Notes under the pieces: model-generated
The model's database searches: none
What the model was told of the DNA's origin: nothing
The model's input: the letters and a program-made list of their open reading frames with translations, nothing else
Part shown: positions 27,001 through 42,000 of the stretch, piece by piece
How positions within the stretch are numbered: position 1 is the first letter of the stretch
How the letters are laid out: each line of letters opens with the position of its first letter
Made by a program: the position numbers and the translations under genes
Assembly: GCA_002189035.1 (NCBI GenBank)
Contig: CM007991.1
Location: forward strand, 4,278,001-4,342,000
Source of the DNA: Utricularia gibba
Lineage: Eukaryota > Plantae > Magnoliophyta
Direction of reading: 5' to 3'
DNA: 64,000 bases

Positions 27001-27463
27001 TGAACTTAAGATTAAGATAACTTTGTTGACCTCAAGTCTAAGCTTACTTATACAGCTATCATATTCAAGATCTTGCTACTGAAACTTGGTTAGCTTCTCA
27101 TAGTAGCATCTCGAAGATGAGTCATCCAGTAAATCGATTATCTAATCAACACCCACACATAAGTTATAGTAATCTCATTGCATCCATTGTGAGAACAATT
27201 GCCTAAACAATTTAGGGAACTCAATGTGTGCCAGCTTATCCGTATTTGTGATATCTTCATTTCACAAATACTCTAGCCAAGGAGTTTTTTAACTTGAGCA
27301 TAAGTGTTTGAAGAATCTCATATTATGATCTCATCATAATTTATATAGCACATAGATCAAGTAAAGGATTTTATTAATGATGTAAATTATCACAATTCAA
27401 AGTAAATATCAAAAGATAAGATTTGCCAATAAGTTGATTGTCTGTAGAACACATACACTAACA
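24025..27463 (-). mobile_element. 3'-truncated Ty1/copia element: 5' LTR 27463-25977, PBS (tRNA-iMet) 25975-25964, leader, gag pseudogene 24930-~24050
   Basis: LTR homologous to 9548-11002; TGTTATCAGAGC on - strand approximates canonical TGGTATCAGAGC; gag MSSNMNLRSILES...NFTDWHCNLRIVLKA*...MAPDLQKQHE...Q*MITHLKDLF...LTSLPDSYSQFVMKYQM...CFHCGKSGHWKRNC (zinc knuckle), two in-frame TAG; pol and 3' LTR absent. Confidence 0.85.
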
Positions 27464-30047
27464 TCCCATCCATAAGGAATGTAGATAAATTGCAATTTTT
27501 AATTGGAAACTCCTAGGACATTGGATGATATTCGAACTTTAGGAGTTCTATATCTCGATTTGTCGGATTCTTTTACATTCACGTCAATAAGTTCCATCTA
27601 AGGCTCTCAAACAATTTTCAAAAAAATTGAAGGCATTTACACTTCTTATAGGTTCAGGTTTGGCTAACAATACATCATGCAATCTAAGAATACTATGAAG
27701 AACATACTTGATGTAATTACTTATTGTTTGGATCGACTTTTTAAAATCAAACTTTAGAATTCTCATTTTCTTGTGGTGGCCTAACACTCCAAGAAGCATC
27801 GTTAATTTTTCAGACATGGATACATACTTTGACGGTCTAAGACCCCCACAAACAACTAGTAATTCACAAAGACGTTTAAACATATTTTCACTCAACCTCA
27901 TATTTTCATAGGATGCTCCCCTACAATCACCTATAAGATCTCTTAAGAAATATACTTGCTTCGGTATTCTATCTTTTATAAAATACGTAAGTCTAGGCCT
28001 CATCATTGGCACTAGAAAACACTTTCAAAACCATAATATACCAAAATTCATCATGAATATATTGTTGGCATGGAACTTCAGAATTGGCAACAAAAATTCA
28101 CATTGGGCAAACAAATCCATGTCCCCTAAAACATCATTCAAATTTAATCTACTACCAATAACAAATTAAATTCAAAATAGGAGCAAATAATTGATGATTC
28201 TAATCAAACAAACACGAATCATATACAAAAACAGCTGTGATAAAATTGATATGCATCCATTTCAACCAACAGCCCACATCATGATTAAAAGTAATATTAA
28301 ATTTGAATTAATGGATGGAGACCCATATCAAACATGAAAGTTACCCGCAAGCTTGAATCAATACCAACAAAATGAAGCAACACATGAAAATTAAAGGGTG
28401 ATTAAGAAAAAACAGTTACGTGCTGATAGCACACAAATTTTCATGTTTTTAGGATATGAAAATCATAGATTTTTAGTTATGTTTAAATGTTTATTTTATA
28501 TTTTTAAGTGTTTTTATGTAATTTAGTAAAATGTAATTTTTGGTGTGATTAGTGGGCTAAATCCCTTGATTTAGCCCACCCCATGTCTAACCATGATTTT
28601 GGAGTCTAGCAGTAACTCGAAAGTCAAGAAGAAATCTGGATTTCGTGCAAGACACCAGTCTGCAGGGGGCAATGAGTACACTGTCACGGTGCCAGTCTGC
28701 AAGTCAGGGCTAGCAGCAACAGATTTGTCAAAGAATGTACTTGCCTTGAGCAGTGGGAGGTAAGAGAAAGATGAGGAGAGAGGTCGCAAAAAAAGGGGGA
28801 TTCAACTCAGAATTTTTCAGAGAGCACACGAGGGGGTTTCTCCCCCAATTCGAACACGAAGGATACTGAAGGAGAAGGAGAAGAGAAAGGCGATTTTTCT
28901 GGAGAAGAACCTCCAGCGTGAAGGAAGAAGATTAAGACCCAGTTCAGCACTACTGTTCCGGTCCAGGAATAGTAGCAGATGGAAACTAGGCTTTTTATTG
29001 CTTTCTTTTAGTTTGTTGATGTCTTTAGTTTATGCACCAAACATCTGCATGATGTTCTTAACATTTCCTTTGTTTTATGTTAATGTCATTACCTTTTACC
29101 TTTCAAACATGAGTAGCTAAAGTCCTAGGGGTGCTTTAAGGTGAAGCATGGTTGTGTGGGTCTAGGAGTATTCATAAAATTCACCATTATTTCTTAGCTT
29201 TTGTTTCTATCAAACGATGGGTAGACCTAAGGAGGGGAACAAGTAGATTAACAACTTAAATGCTTGATTTAGAGGTAAACCAACAAATCAAGACGGGAGC
29301 AATAGGTGTTAGTTTGGGGTAGAATCAGTAGAACCGGGTAAACCTAGTTCTATATGCTTTGCATGCGAGTAGACCTAATTGCAATGTTGGTGATGACATG
29401 GGAGATTAGCTTAGCCGAAAATATGGCAAATAACCTGAGTAGACCTAGGTGATTTGAAGTTGTGAGTGTAGGAATATAGTAATTTGACTTAGACCTCTTA
29501 GTACCACACTACCTGCAGACCCTTAAGTCATCTTCATATTATTCTTAGTCAAAACCAGTACCTGTTACCTTTCGCATTGAAACCTGATTTTGTTTACTGA
29601 ACTTGTTTACAACTATTGGTCCGAGCTTAAACTAAGACTTACTGTCATCCCGAATCATGCATTTACTAAAACACTTATCAAACACAAGCTCTTCGTGATC
29701 GACCCCGACATCCACTATATAAGTTTTCTAAATTTGTATTTTGTGTATATTAGGGACTATAAATTTATTTGATAACGAAATTTCTATTTTTGTAATGACA
29801 TTAGGAAATTTCCGTTTATCACGTGTAAAATTATAAACAATTTATTTTATTTTTATAAGGACAATTATGTCATTTTACACTAGAAATTTAAGAATCTGGT
29901 CAATAAAGATTGGATTTGAAAAGGCATGTATTAGGCTTTTCAAAATCCTTTTAATAAATCCAACAGAATCCTCTTTTTCCAACCAAACACAGGTTTTTAA
30001 ATTCAATCCTCCTAAATCCCACAAACACCATCCAACCAAACTCCCCC
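27464..30047 (-). mobile_element. PIF/Harbinger element remnant (transposase ~28020-27464; terminus ~30047), interrupted by a solo LTR and cut by the copia insertion
   Basis: ORF 27584..28012(-) ...SKYVSMSEKLTMLLGVLGHHKKMR...CLRALDGTY, then VNVKESDKSRYRT...SNVLGV...FIY..YGW up to the LTR; right end CCAACCAAACTCCCCC resembles PIF TIR. Confidence 0.75.
28424..29821 (+). mobile_element. Solo LTR (~1.40 kb, probably Ty3/gypsy)
   Basis: TGATAGC...TTTATCA termini; TSD CGTGC / CGTGT (4 of 5 match). Confidence 0.8.
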
Positions 30048-31019
30048 ATAGGACTAAGGTTGGGATAAATCATAGATTTAATCCTAATTAAGAGTAAAAG
30101 ACGTGAACACTATTGCTAATCACAAAAATGCAGAAACACATTACAAAATCTAAGTTTTTGTAGCATAATACTAATTATTTCCCTATCTTGGATCACTCAA
30201 AACTATGTGTTATCACCCACATATCTAATGAAATTTGAAAAACCCCTCTTTTAAACTCTGATACATCTAAAAAAATTTTTTTATCATGAAATACTCCAAA
30301 CCTAAAGCTATATAAATGAAGCATATATTAAGATCATAAACGATAAAGATATTGAAAATAGAATTTTCAAACTTTGCATAGAAAATACTATTGATAACAC
30401 TCGTATAATCCTAAAATATTGACAATCAAAAAATATGATTACTAGTATACAGTAATGATGAGATGATACCTTGAACTATGGATGCATTTTCATGTGATCC
30501 CTTCTCAATCCAATCAATAACCATGCCAAAAGAGTCTTCTTGCATTTCATATACATATCAAGAAATTGTATCTCTAGAGTGCTCTCAAAACTCTTCCATG
30601 ATATTTCTAGATCATGAATAAAAAAGGAGCAAGTTATTTTTCAACTATGCATCTACAAAATCAATCTCACACCATCTTGATGTTCAAGAACATTTTCCAA
30701 TCAATGGAATGCAAATTTTTTATTCCAAAAATTTTATAGTGATGCCAATCATGTTCTTATATTATATATCCACCGAATGATAGAACTCATTGCAAAAAAT
30801 TATTACTTTGATTAATATCATTGTAATTTCTTTTGCCATCTCATCTTGTAAAGGGTTGTTACTGCATTTTTTACTACAAACATTTAATTTCTAAAACCAA
30901 AAACTAAAAAAAATTATTGAAAAATAGATAAAAGGAATCTTTTGCATATTACTAGCCAAAAAAAAACAAAAACCAAGAAACCAAATTAAAGAAAGAAAGT
31001 CCATATAATAAGAGGCGTT

Positions 31020-34000
31020 TGTTGAGTGTAGTCCAACGGAAGGTGGTTTTGGTGCAGATGAAGCAGGAGACGGTGAAGATGAGGTACACTGCAATGGTGA
31101 AGTGTGGGGAACATGACATTTAATGGACTTCTATTTTTTTTTTTACTTGACATGTGTGGTCACGTGCAAGGTTTTTGCATTAAACATATTGTGATCTCCT
31201 TGTAAACCAATTCTTTTGCTTTTTATATGAATGTTGAAGTACTGTGGGTTTCTTTCCATCTCTGATGCTAGATTTACTAGTGTTGAAGTCTTCTGTAACA
31301 AATCTTAACATGGTATTAGAGCTCTCAAAACCTTTACTACTCAAAGATAAGTGTTTTTCTAAGACTTTGTATTTTTTGGGTCTGATCCCTAAGTGAAGAT
31401 GGAGGGTGAGTATACTCCATTTGCTCGGATTATGAAACTTGACATCACCAACTATAGTGAGTGGATGGTGATGATATTAACTTAAGGGGCATGTGGTCCC
31501 TGTACTTACCACTACTTCTACAGATAAAGACAGGAAGAAGTGGGAAGAATAAGAAAAAAAATGCCATTATGATGATCCTACACGTGTCAGTATCTCGTAC
31601 TATATTTCAACGCATTGCCTCATGTGAATCACCTGTGGAAATATGGTTCAAGCTGAAAGAAATATTTACCATAGATGAGCAAAGGAAGAAAATATATGTA
31701 AGGACAAAAAGAACAAGATGAAGTCTAGTGAAACTCTATAAGAATATTATGATAAAACTCTTCAAGTAGTGAATGAATTGAACGCTTTAGGGAAGTACAT
31801 GTCAAATGAGAAAATTATTGGCAAGGCAATGATGAGTCTGCTTGCAAAATTTGAGCCGAATTTGTGCAGCTTGGAGGCTAAAGAAGCTATCAGAAAAACC
31901 TTAAATCAGGTAAAGAAAAGAACTTTCTTGCAATTCATACAATCACTACAAGCATCAGAAAAAAGGATGGCTATGAGAGAAAAGATGATGAGCATGATGA
32001 GAAAGCTGAAACATACTTTGTTACCAAGTCTAGTAGTAACAATGAGAGCAAAAGAGTTGATAAACAGACACAACAATGTTCTGTGACTACTAGCATGAAG
32101 TGTAATATATGTGAAAAGAAAATCACAAGAGTGAAAATTGTTGGAGTAAACCAGAAGATGCATGTATTTATTGTGGGAAGAGATTTCATAACTTAGACAC
32201 ATGTTGGATGCATGCGGAAGCTCTTTGCATGTTTTGCAACTTGAAGGAACATAAAGAAAAGATATGTCCAAACAAGAAAATTGGATCAAAAGCTGAATCT
32301 AAGGGAATGCAGAAAGGCTTGTCCACCTTTTATGAATGAACTAAAGAAATTGATTTGGAAGATCCCTTGGATTGTGAATTTGCTCTCAAAGTGCCAAGAA
32401 GAGAGTGTGAAGGTTGGTTTCTGGATAGTGGAGCATCTAAGCATATGTGCAAGGATGCCTCTTGCTTTAGAAATATTCAATCTGTTTAGGTTGAAACTGT
32501 AAGGGAGGGGGGGGGGGGGGTAGTGAATGGAAAATTGACACAAGTCACAGGAAAATGAGCAATTATGCTCAACAAGCCTATTGGAAATATGCTAATTGAA
32601 GATGTGTGTTATGTACCCAAACTGGCAAAATATTTGCTAAGTTTAGGACAATTGAAAAAATAAAGATTCATGATCACACTCATGGACGATAAAATCCAAT
32701 TAACCTCACCTGATGGAAAAGCAACTATTGACGCCCTCTTACTTGAGAAAATCTGTATAGGCTCAACACTTGCACCTTCACAAAGAGTTGTTTTTGAATA
32801 TCGAAGAAAGGAAGAGATTGGCATAGTCAACTTGGTCACTTCAGTATGAACAACCTGAAAATTCTGCAAAAGGATAAATCAGTGAAGGAATTTCCAAACA
32901 TCAAATTCAGTGATGTGGTATGCAATACTTATAAGAGAGGAAAAAACCAAACTTCCTTTCAAGACAAGCAAATCCAAATCTAAAAGAAAAATTGGTCTAA
33001 TTCACACAGACTTGTGTGGACCTTTCAACGTTGCATTATTGAATGGTAGTAAATATTCCCTAATTTTTATTGATGATTTTACACATTTCTATTGGATTTA
33101 TTTTGTGAAAAGCAAGATGGAAGTCTATAATGTATTTAAAAGATTTAAGGTGATGGTAGAAACTCAAAGCGAGCGGAAGATCAAGATTTTAAGATTAGAT
33201 CATGGTGGAGAGTTCATAGCTGCGACATTAAAACAATTCTGTGAGACTGAAGGTACAATTCAACACTACACAACTCCTTACTCACTTGAGCAAAATGGAT
33301 TTAGTGAACGCAAGAATAGTACCATTATAGACGTGATTTGTTGCTATTTGAAAAAAAACATGCCAATGCATTTTTGGGTAGAGGCTGCAGCCACCACGGT
33401 ATATTTGCTTAATCTTTTGTCATCTCAAGTTATGTAGGGAAAGTCAGCATATGAGTTGTAGTATAACATGCCTAGAACAGTGATTCACTTGAAGATATTT
33501 GGCTCTATCTGTTATGTATATATACCTGATGCAAAAAAGAAACAAATTAGAAGAAATTACTGAATTTGGAGTTTTTATAGACTATAGTAATGTAACAAAG
33601 GATTATAGAGTGTACCTTCCTCATAAAGGGACTGTGGTGACTAGTCATGATGTTTTTTATGAGAATTCCCAACTAGACTGGAGAAATAATATTGTGGTAT
33701 ATGAATGTGCAGATAAACAAAATGTGATTTCCATTGAAGATGCTCACACAAAAAGGAATGTGCAGATGCTAGGTTCATCAATGGATAGCATATGAGGTGA
33801 GGAGTTACCCAAGGATCATGCAAATCATGCTGAAGGTGCAACCCCCACTTCAATAAATATTGTGGGTTTTGATTCAACTGATATAAATGAGCATGCGTTG
33901 GATGATGGGAATGCCTTAAATGAACCTGGCATGCAAGAAATGAGTGCTGAAAACACCCACAAGATGAATGAATCACTTGAAGTTAGTATAGAAATATCAG

Positions 34001-36099
34001 AAAATAATAATAGATATTCCAACTCATATCCTAATTATGTTGTTGAGGAAAACTGGGAAGTTAGTGATTTTGAAACTAGCGATCAAGATGACACATAGGA
34101 AGAAATAAGTGACTACAATACTGAAGAGGACCATAGAAACTCAGTGTCTAGATAGAGATCTCTTGATAGCTTATATGCCTCTACTGATCAAATGGCATAT
34201 GATGTATTTTCATGTCTTGTTGTTATAGATCCTCAGTCTTTTGAAGAGGCAAATGAAGATGAAATTTGGAAATTACCCATGATTGAGGAGATGCAGGCCA
34301 TTGAAGAAAATCAAACCTGGGAATTAGTTTAGCCTTCTCAAGGTAATAAGTCTAAAATCCTTGACCTGAAATGGATTTACAAGTCAAAATTTGATGTTGA
34401 TAGAAAGTTGAGTAGACGTAAGGCAAGACTTGTTGTAAAGGGATATGCACAAGTAAAAGGCATTAACTATCATGAGATATTTGCTTCTGTAGCTAGGCTA
34501 GACACTATGAAGTTGCTATTGGCTTTATCTCCGTTAAAAGGATGGATATTATACCATATGAATGTCACCATAACTTTCCTTAATGATATACTTAAGGATG
34601 AAGTATATGTTAAACAACCGAAGACTTTGTGAAACAAGGTTGTGAGTGCATGGTGTTGAAATTGAAGAAGACACTTTAAGGCCTAAAACTTGCTCCAAGA
34701 GCTTGGAATTCAAGAATTGATAATTTTCTTGATGCTGCAAGTTTTAAAAAATTGGAGGAGATCATTGACTATACATAAAAAAAAAAAAAAGAAAATTCAA
34801 AAATCACTCTCCTATGCTTATATGTGGACGACCTACTCTTGGTTTCAAGCAAAGAAGAGTATTTAATCGCTGCAAAGGAAATACTGAACTTAGAGTTTAA
34901 AATGAAAGACTTAGGATAAGCTTATTTTTACCTTAGAATTGAGATTCATCAAAGGAAAAGAGTTGGAACATTTATCATGCAGAAAAATATTGCCAGGAAA
35001 TGCTTGAAAAATTTGGTATGTTGGAAATTAATGGTACTCAAACACCATATGATTACAAGTCAAATTTGGGCTCTGACCTTGAGGGAAAAGATGTTGATCT
35101 AACACTTTATAAACGTATGGTTGGCTACTTGCTATATCTTGCTCATAGTAGACCAGATTTGTGCTTCACTACAAGCTTTTTGTTAAGGTTTCTAAAGAGG
35201 CCCAAATCTAGTCACCTATTGGCTGCAAAAAGGGAAAGGCGATACATTGAAAGAACTATGGATCTTAAAGTGTTTTACCCAGCAGGCCAAGGAGATGAAT
35301 TCTCTAAGCTTGCTGGTTTTGCAAACAGTGATTATGCCAGTTTTGAGGATGCCAAGATCACATCTTGTTTCATTTGTGAACTAAATGGAAGCCATTTCAC
35401 TTGGTGTACCAAGAAACAATTCGTTGTAGTGTAGTCTACGGCAGAAGTGGAATACATTGCTATAAATTTCACTGCAAACCACTACTTATGGTTGAGACAG
35501 ATACTGAAAGAAATTGGGTGCAAACAGTCAGAAGCTACAATTTTAAGTGTCGACAACAAAGCTTCTATTGCAATTGCGAAAGACTCGATTCAATCTAGCA
35601 AGATCAAACACATAAATATTAGATATCATGCAGTGAAAATGAGGAAAGTGGAATTGAAATACATTGAATCAGCAAAACAAAGGGCTGATTTGTTCATAAA
35701 ACCACTTGGAAGAATTCTCTTTGAAAAATTTAGGGATGAAATTGGGATGAAATTGTTTGAGGAGTTTGAGAAATTATCAGATTTAAGACATTTTGTTGAC
35801 AGAGGGAGTGTTGAGTTTGGTCCAACGAAAGGTGGTTTTGGCTTAGATGAAGCAAGAGAAGGTGGAGATGAAGTACACTGAAATGGTGAAGTGTGGGGAA
35901 CATGACATTTAACATACTTTTGTTTTTTTTTTTACTTGACATGTGTGGTCATGTGCAAGATTTTTGCATTAAACATGTAGTGGTCTCCTTGTAAACCAAT
36001 TCTTTTTCTTTTCGTATAAATGTTGAAGTGTTGTGGGTTTCTTTCCATCTTCGACGTTAGTTCTACAAGTGTTGAAGTCTTCTATAACAAATCTTAACA
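31020..36099 (+). mobile_element. Structurally complete but degenerate Ty1/copia retrotransposon (5.08 kb; 291-bp LTRs)
   Basis: LTRs 31020-31310 and 35809-36099 (TG...CA; ~35 mismatches, ~88% by manual count); PBS TGGTATTAGAGC at 31311; PPT AGAGGGAG 35801-35808; gag with zinc knuckles, protease WFLDSGASKHMC (~32417), integrase LIHTDLCGP/LDHGGEF/ERKN, RT KARLVVKGYAQ and YVDDLL (34821), RNase H; many stops and frameshifts; TSD eroded (GCGTT/ACGAT). Confidence 0.92.
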
Positions 36100-36909
36100 A
36101 CGATGTCCAAAAGTCTCTTTCATTGAATAAATGATAAAGAGACAAAAGAAAATATTTTTATTTTTTTATTAAAATAATAAATATATATTCTATTCATAAT
36201 AAATATCTAAACATTAAATCCAACCTCATCTAACTTACATATATTCAAATGCTTAAATTTCTAGCTTATGTCCTTTTTCTCTAGTGAATGTTAATCAAGC
36301 ATTCTCTAGTACTATTCATGTGACCCTACATATTCCTCATGGAACATGCTCAGTTATTTGTCTATGCAACCTTACCATATTCATCATTGAACATTCTTCT
36401 CAATGGGTATGTATGGATACTTGTTTTTACAGCCCTACAATGTAGCTCATTTGTGGGACTCTTTAGCATGGGTAGAGCTTGGGCATGGCTAACTTGAGCC
36501 TTGGCCCACTCTTAAAAAACTTACTCAACCTCCCCCACTACTCTTACGATATAGTTATTATTGGGTGTATCCTGCATCCACATGCACGTTATTAAACATG
36601 AGTTTTTCCTATGTTTGTAGATTTCTTTTCAATATTATTTGTTGATCCTTTTATTGATGTCGTAATAGAAAGATAAAGTATTTGAGTTGAATTGGGGATA
36701 AATAAAACAAAGAAAAATCCTGATTAAAAAATAATTTATAATAAAAATTATAATATTTTTAATATATAATATTATTAGTCAATTATATTACTCTGATAAA
36801 ATTCACTTCATTTATTAGTAAATGCTCATCTTTTAATTAATTGATGAATAATATTTAAAATTTGAATTTTCAATTGTTTGGATTGAATAGAAAACAAATT
36901 TGTTGGATA

Positions 36910-36948
36910 TGGGCCTTGTTTTTAACGGATTGGGCTTATATTTGGGCC
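36910..36948 (+). promoter_or_regulatory. Three site II (TGGGCY) motifs upstream of AP1M
   Basis: TGGGCC 36910-36915, TGGGCT 36931-36936, TGGGCC 36943-36948, ~190-225 bp before ATG; typical TCP-bound housekeeping promoter architecture. Confidence 0.55.
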
Positions 36949-37135
36949 AAATAGGCAGTGTTTAATTTTTGTAGCTTATTTGTATTTCTGCAGGATAGGC
37001 AAAAATCGCTCAGATCTACTCCAATTCCTCTTCATTCATGCCTAAGAGGCTGTCGGATCATCAGCGGATTGCGCGCATATCTGGTGGATCGGTCGAACTC
37101 AGAGGCTGTAGGCGGGTTGATTTGATCAGATAAGC

Positions 37136-39730
37136 ATGGCAGAAGCAGCGTCGGCGCTGTTCCTTCTTGATATAAAGGGTAGGATCCTGGTATGGAGGGA
37201 CTACCGTGGAGATATCTCCGCCCAACAGGCCGAACGTTTCTTCGCCAAGCTCATTGAGAAAGAGGTTACATTTCCGTAGTTGCAGTTCTCTTTTTTCATA
37301 TTTTTCTATACTATGGAACTTTTTTGCTTGATTTGCTTGTGATTGGATCCATTTAGGCTCATGTTACGATCATGTGAGTTGTGATTTTGGGGAAAATAAT
37401 TCGAGAGGTTCAGCTGATCTTGATGGAGTGTTATCGCTAGGTGAATAATGATGTAGAAGAGTCTATTGGGATTTAGGGGCTGTTGTGTCTATGCGTGTCC
37501 ATTTTATTAAATGGTTTGCTGAGAAATCCATTTACTTTCTTGTTCTATGGAGCGAGACATGACATAACTAGTTTCTCTTGTGCGATGTTCAGGGTGATCC
37601 AGAGACACAGGATCCTGTTGTATATGATGATGGCATCACATATATGTTTATACAGCACAATAATGTGTATCTGATGACTGCCACAAGGCAGAACTGTAAT
37701 GCAGCTAGTCTTCTTTTATTCCTGCATCGTGTGGTTGATGTAAGGAGTTATCTTTTACGATCTTGAATTTTGTGATCGTTTCTTCACTTTGGAATTACTA
37801 GCTTCATGCCTATTTATTATTTGAAAACTTCTTAAAGGTCTTCAAACACTATTTTGAAGAATTGGAAGAGGAATCTCTCCGAGATAACTTTGTGGTGGTG
37901 GTATGTGAGGAATTTTTCGACTATTCGTAAATTGAGTAGTTTTTTGAAAAAAAAAAGATGGAAATTCATATCTTTTACGTTTTCAGTATGAGCTACTTGA
38001 CGAGATGATGGATTTTGGTTACCCACAATACACTGAAGCAAAAATTCTGAGCGAGTTCATCAAAACGGATGCTTATAGGATGGAGGTAGACCAGAGGCCC
38101 CCAATGGCAGTTACAAATGCAGTCTCCTGGCGTAGTGAGGGGATAAATTACAAGAAGAATGAAGTATGTTTAGATGACTGACTTTTCTATGAGTTCTTTT
38201 TTTTTAAAATCTTGATTCATAAGATGTCTTTGTCTGCCAGGTTTTCCTCGATGTTGTGGAGAGTGTTAATATACTGGTAAACAGCAATGGCCAGATAATA
38301 AGGTCAGATGTGGTTGGTGCACTAAAGATGCGCACATATTTGAGGTTCGTGTACTTCATTGTCTATGTAAAAAAAAAAAAAAAAAAAATCTATCTTCTTA
38401 TGTGGCATGATTATTCATTTATGTGCACAAGTGTCATATTTTGGCACGGATGGATGGGGACCATGCGTCTAGTGCAGCCAATCCTGAAATTCTGTGTGCC
38501 ATTTTTTCTCTTGCGGGATAGGCCTAACAGCCTTTTTTGCTCCAGTGGTATGCCTGAGTGTAAACTTGGATTGAACGATAGAGTTTTGTTGGAAGCACAA
38601 GGACGTGCAACAAAGGGTAAAGCTATTGATCTGGAGGACATCAAATTTCACCAGTATGCTATTGATCTTCTTCATTGCCACTGATTTGGGGCTGTTCACC
38701 AGCAAAGCTTAAATTTGATTAGTCCTTTTGTTTCTTGACAAGGTGTGTGCGCTTGACTCGTTTTGAAAATGATCGTACAATTTCCTTCATACCGCCTGAC
38801 GGATCCTTTGATCTCATGACCTACAGGCTAAGCACCCAGGTAAAGAGATGCCCTTATGTTTTATTTAGTAACCGGAAGCCAGTTTTTGTGATGTGCATTG
38901 AGTGAGACTTCGCATGCGGATAGTTAATGGCTGTTCAAATTAATGTTTTTCAGGTCAAGCCTCTAGTTTGGGTAGAAGCTCAGGTAGAAAGGCATTCTCG
39001 GAGCAGAATAGAAATTGTAGTAAAAGCCAGAAGCCAATTCAAGGAACGGAGGTATGGCAAGGCAACAATCTTTGTTTGCATCTTTTTCTCTGTGTTACTT
39101 TTTAAGTCTTATGCGTTGTAATTTATTTCAGTACTGCAACTAATGTGGAAATTGAGTTGCCAGTGCCCTCTGATGCTACAAATCCAAATGTTCGCACATC
39201 AATGGGGTCCGCAGCATATGCACCAGAAAGTGATGCGTTAGTTTGGAAAATAAAATCTTTTCCAGGTGGTAAGGTACGTATGCACTGGCCACATTCAGGT
39301 GCACCCATTTTGGTTTATGCATTGTACTTTTTATCATTTGGTGTTTTTTTTGTTCTGCTCTAGGAATATATGCTGAGAGCAGAGTTCAGACTTCCCAGTA
39401 TAACAGCTGAGGAACTGGGTCCCGAGAGGAAGGCTCCTATCAGAGTGAAATTCGAAATTCCATATTTTACGGTGTCTGGAATTCAGGTGAGATCCCATAA
39501 TAGACATTTTTTTTCAGGGAGTCTTCTGTATTCTTGGAGTTGTAATCCATATGATGCAGCAGCGCATCCTATTGCTACTCTACCCTGATTACTTTCAGTT
39601 TAATGATGGAACTCCTTGTTGGTAGGTACGTTACTTGAAAATTATTGAGAAAAGCGGCTATCAAGCACTTCCGTGGGTGAGATATATAACGGTAGCTGGT
39701 GAGTATGAGCTGAGACTAATAGCATTTTAG
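37136..39730 (+). CDS. AP1M: AP-1 adaptor complex subunit mu (AP1M2/HAP13-like), 430 aa
   Basis: Exons 37136-37264, 37593-37739, 37838-37900, 37987-38163, 38241-38344, 38546-38653, 38743-38839, 38954-39051, 39132-39273, 39364-39486, 39626-39730; 1293 nt in frame; MAEAASALFLLDIKGR..., YELLDEMMDFGYPQ, VSWRSEGINYKKNEVFLDV, SGMPECKLGLND, KFHQCVRL, YQALPWVRY. Confidence 0.96.
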
Positions 39731-40470
39731 CTACATGAGCACTTCTCGATCTTGCCTCCTGATTCAGCGCGTGTGGAAGATCATATGTATTCGTGAAATA
39801 CACAGGCTGTTGGCTTCTTTTTTTCCTTTTTTGCCTTTGATGTTTCGACAGTCGATGATATAAAAAAATTGTTTGGAATGAATTGCATAGCTGGGGGTCA
39901 TGTAATTTGAGACATTCCGATAAAGCCTGCATTTCAAGCTTGATCTACCTTTAATGCTAGCGAATCAGTTCAAAAAAGGCCAGCAGAACGTATGTCTGCT
40001 ATGCTGCTGGACACGGCCGTTCATCATGTCCATGCATGGAATTGGTTTAATATGGAATTTCGAATTTCACTCTGATAGGAGCCTTCCTCTCGGGACCCAG
40101 TTCCTCAGCTGTTATACTGGGAAGTCTGAACTCTGCTCTCAGCATATATTCCTAGAGCAGAACAAAAAAAACACCAGCCTATATTAAAGGAACTGGTACC
40201 TTTAATGCATGGAACTGGTACTCAGGCGACTCGGCCTGATGCCGTGTCCAATAATTGGTTGTCTTCCTCAATGTATGGCTTGTATCCTTTCTTTTTGCCA
40301 TGCACATTTTCCAAGTTTATATTTTCTACAATAAATTAACGCCCAGGAATTGGAGTGGACATATGGAAGGATATACCAAGGCCTTTTCGATTCCTCAATT
40401 TGTACAAGTGGTAGTTACCAAACTTGATAAATTATTGCGAGTGAACAGAAAAACAAATTTCGGCCTCCAG

Positions 40471-42000
<1,530 letters not shown>

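Noticed and set aside
30480-30860. Possible CACTA or other DNA-transposase relic on - strand
   Set aside because: Only faint motif resemblance across several stops; not supportable without a search.
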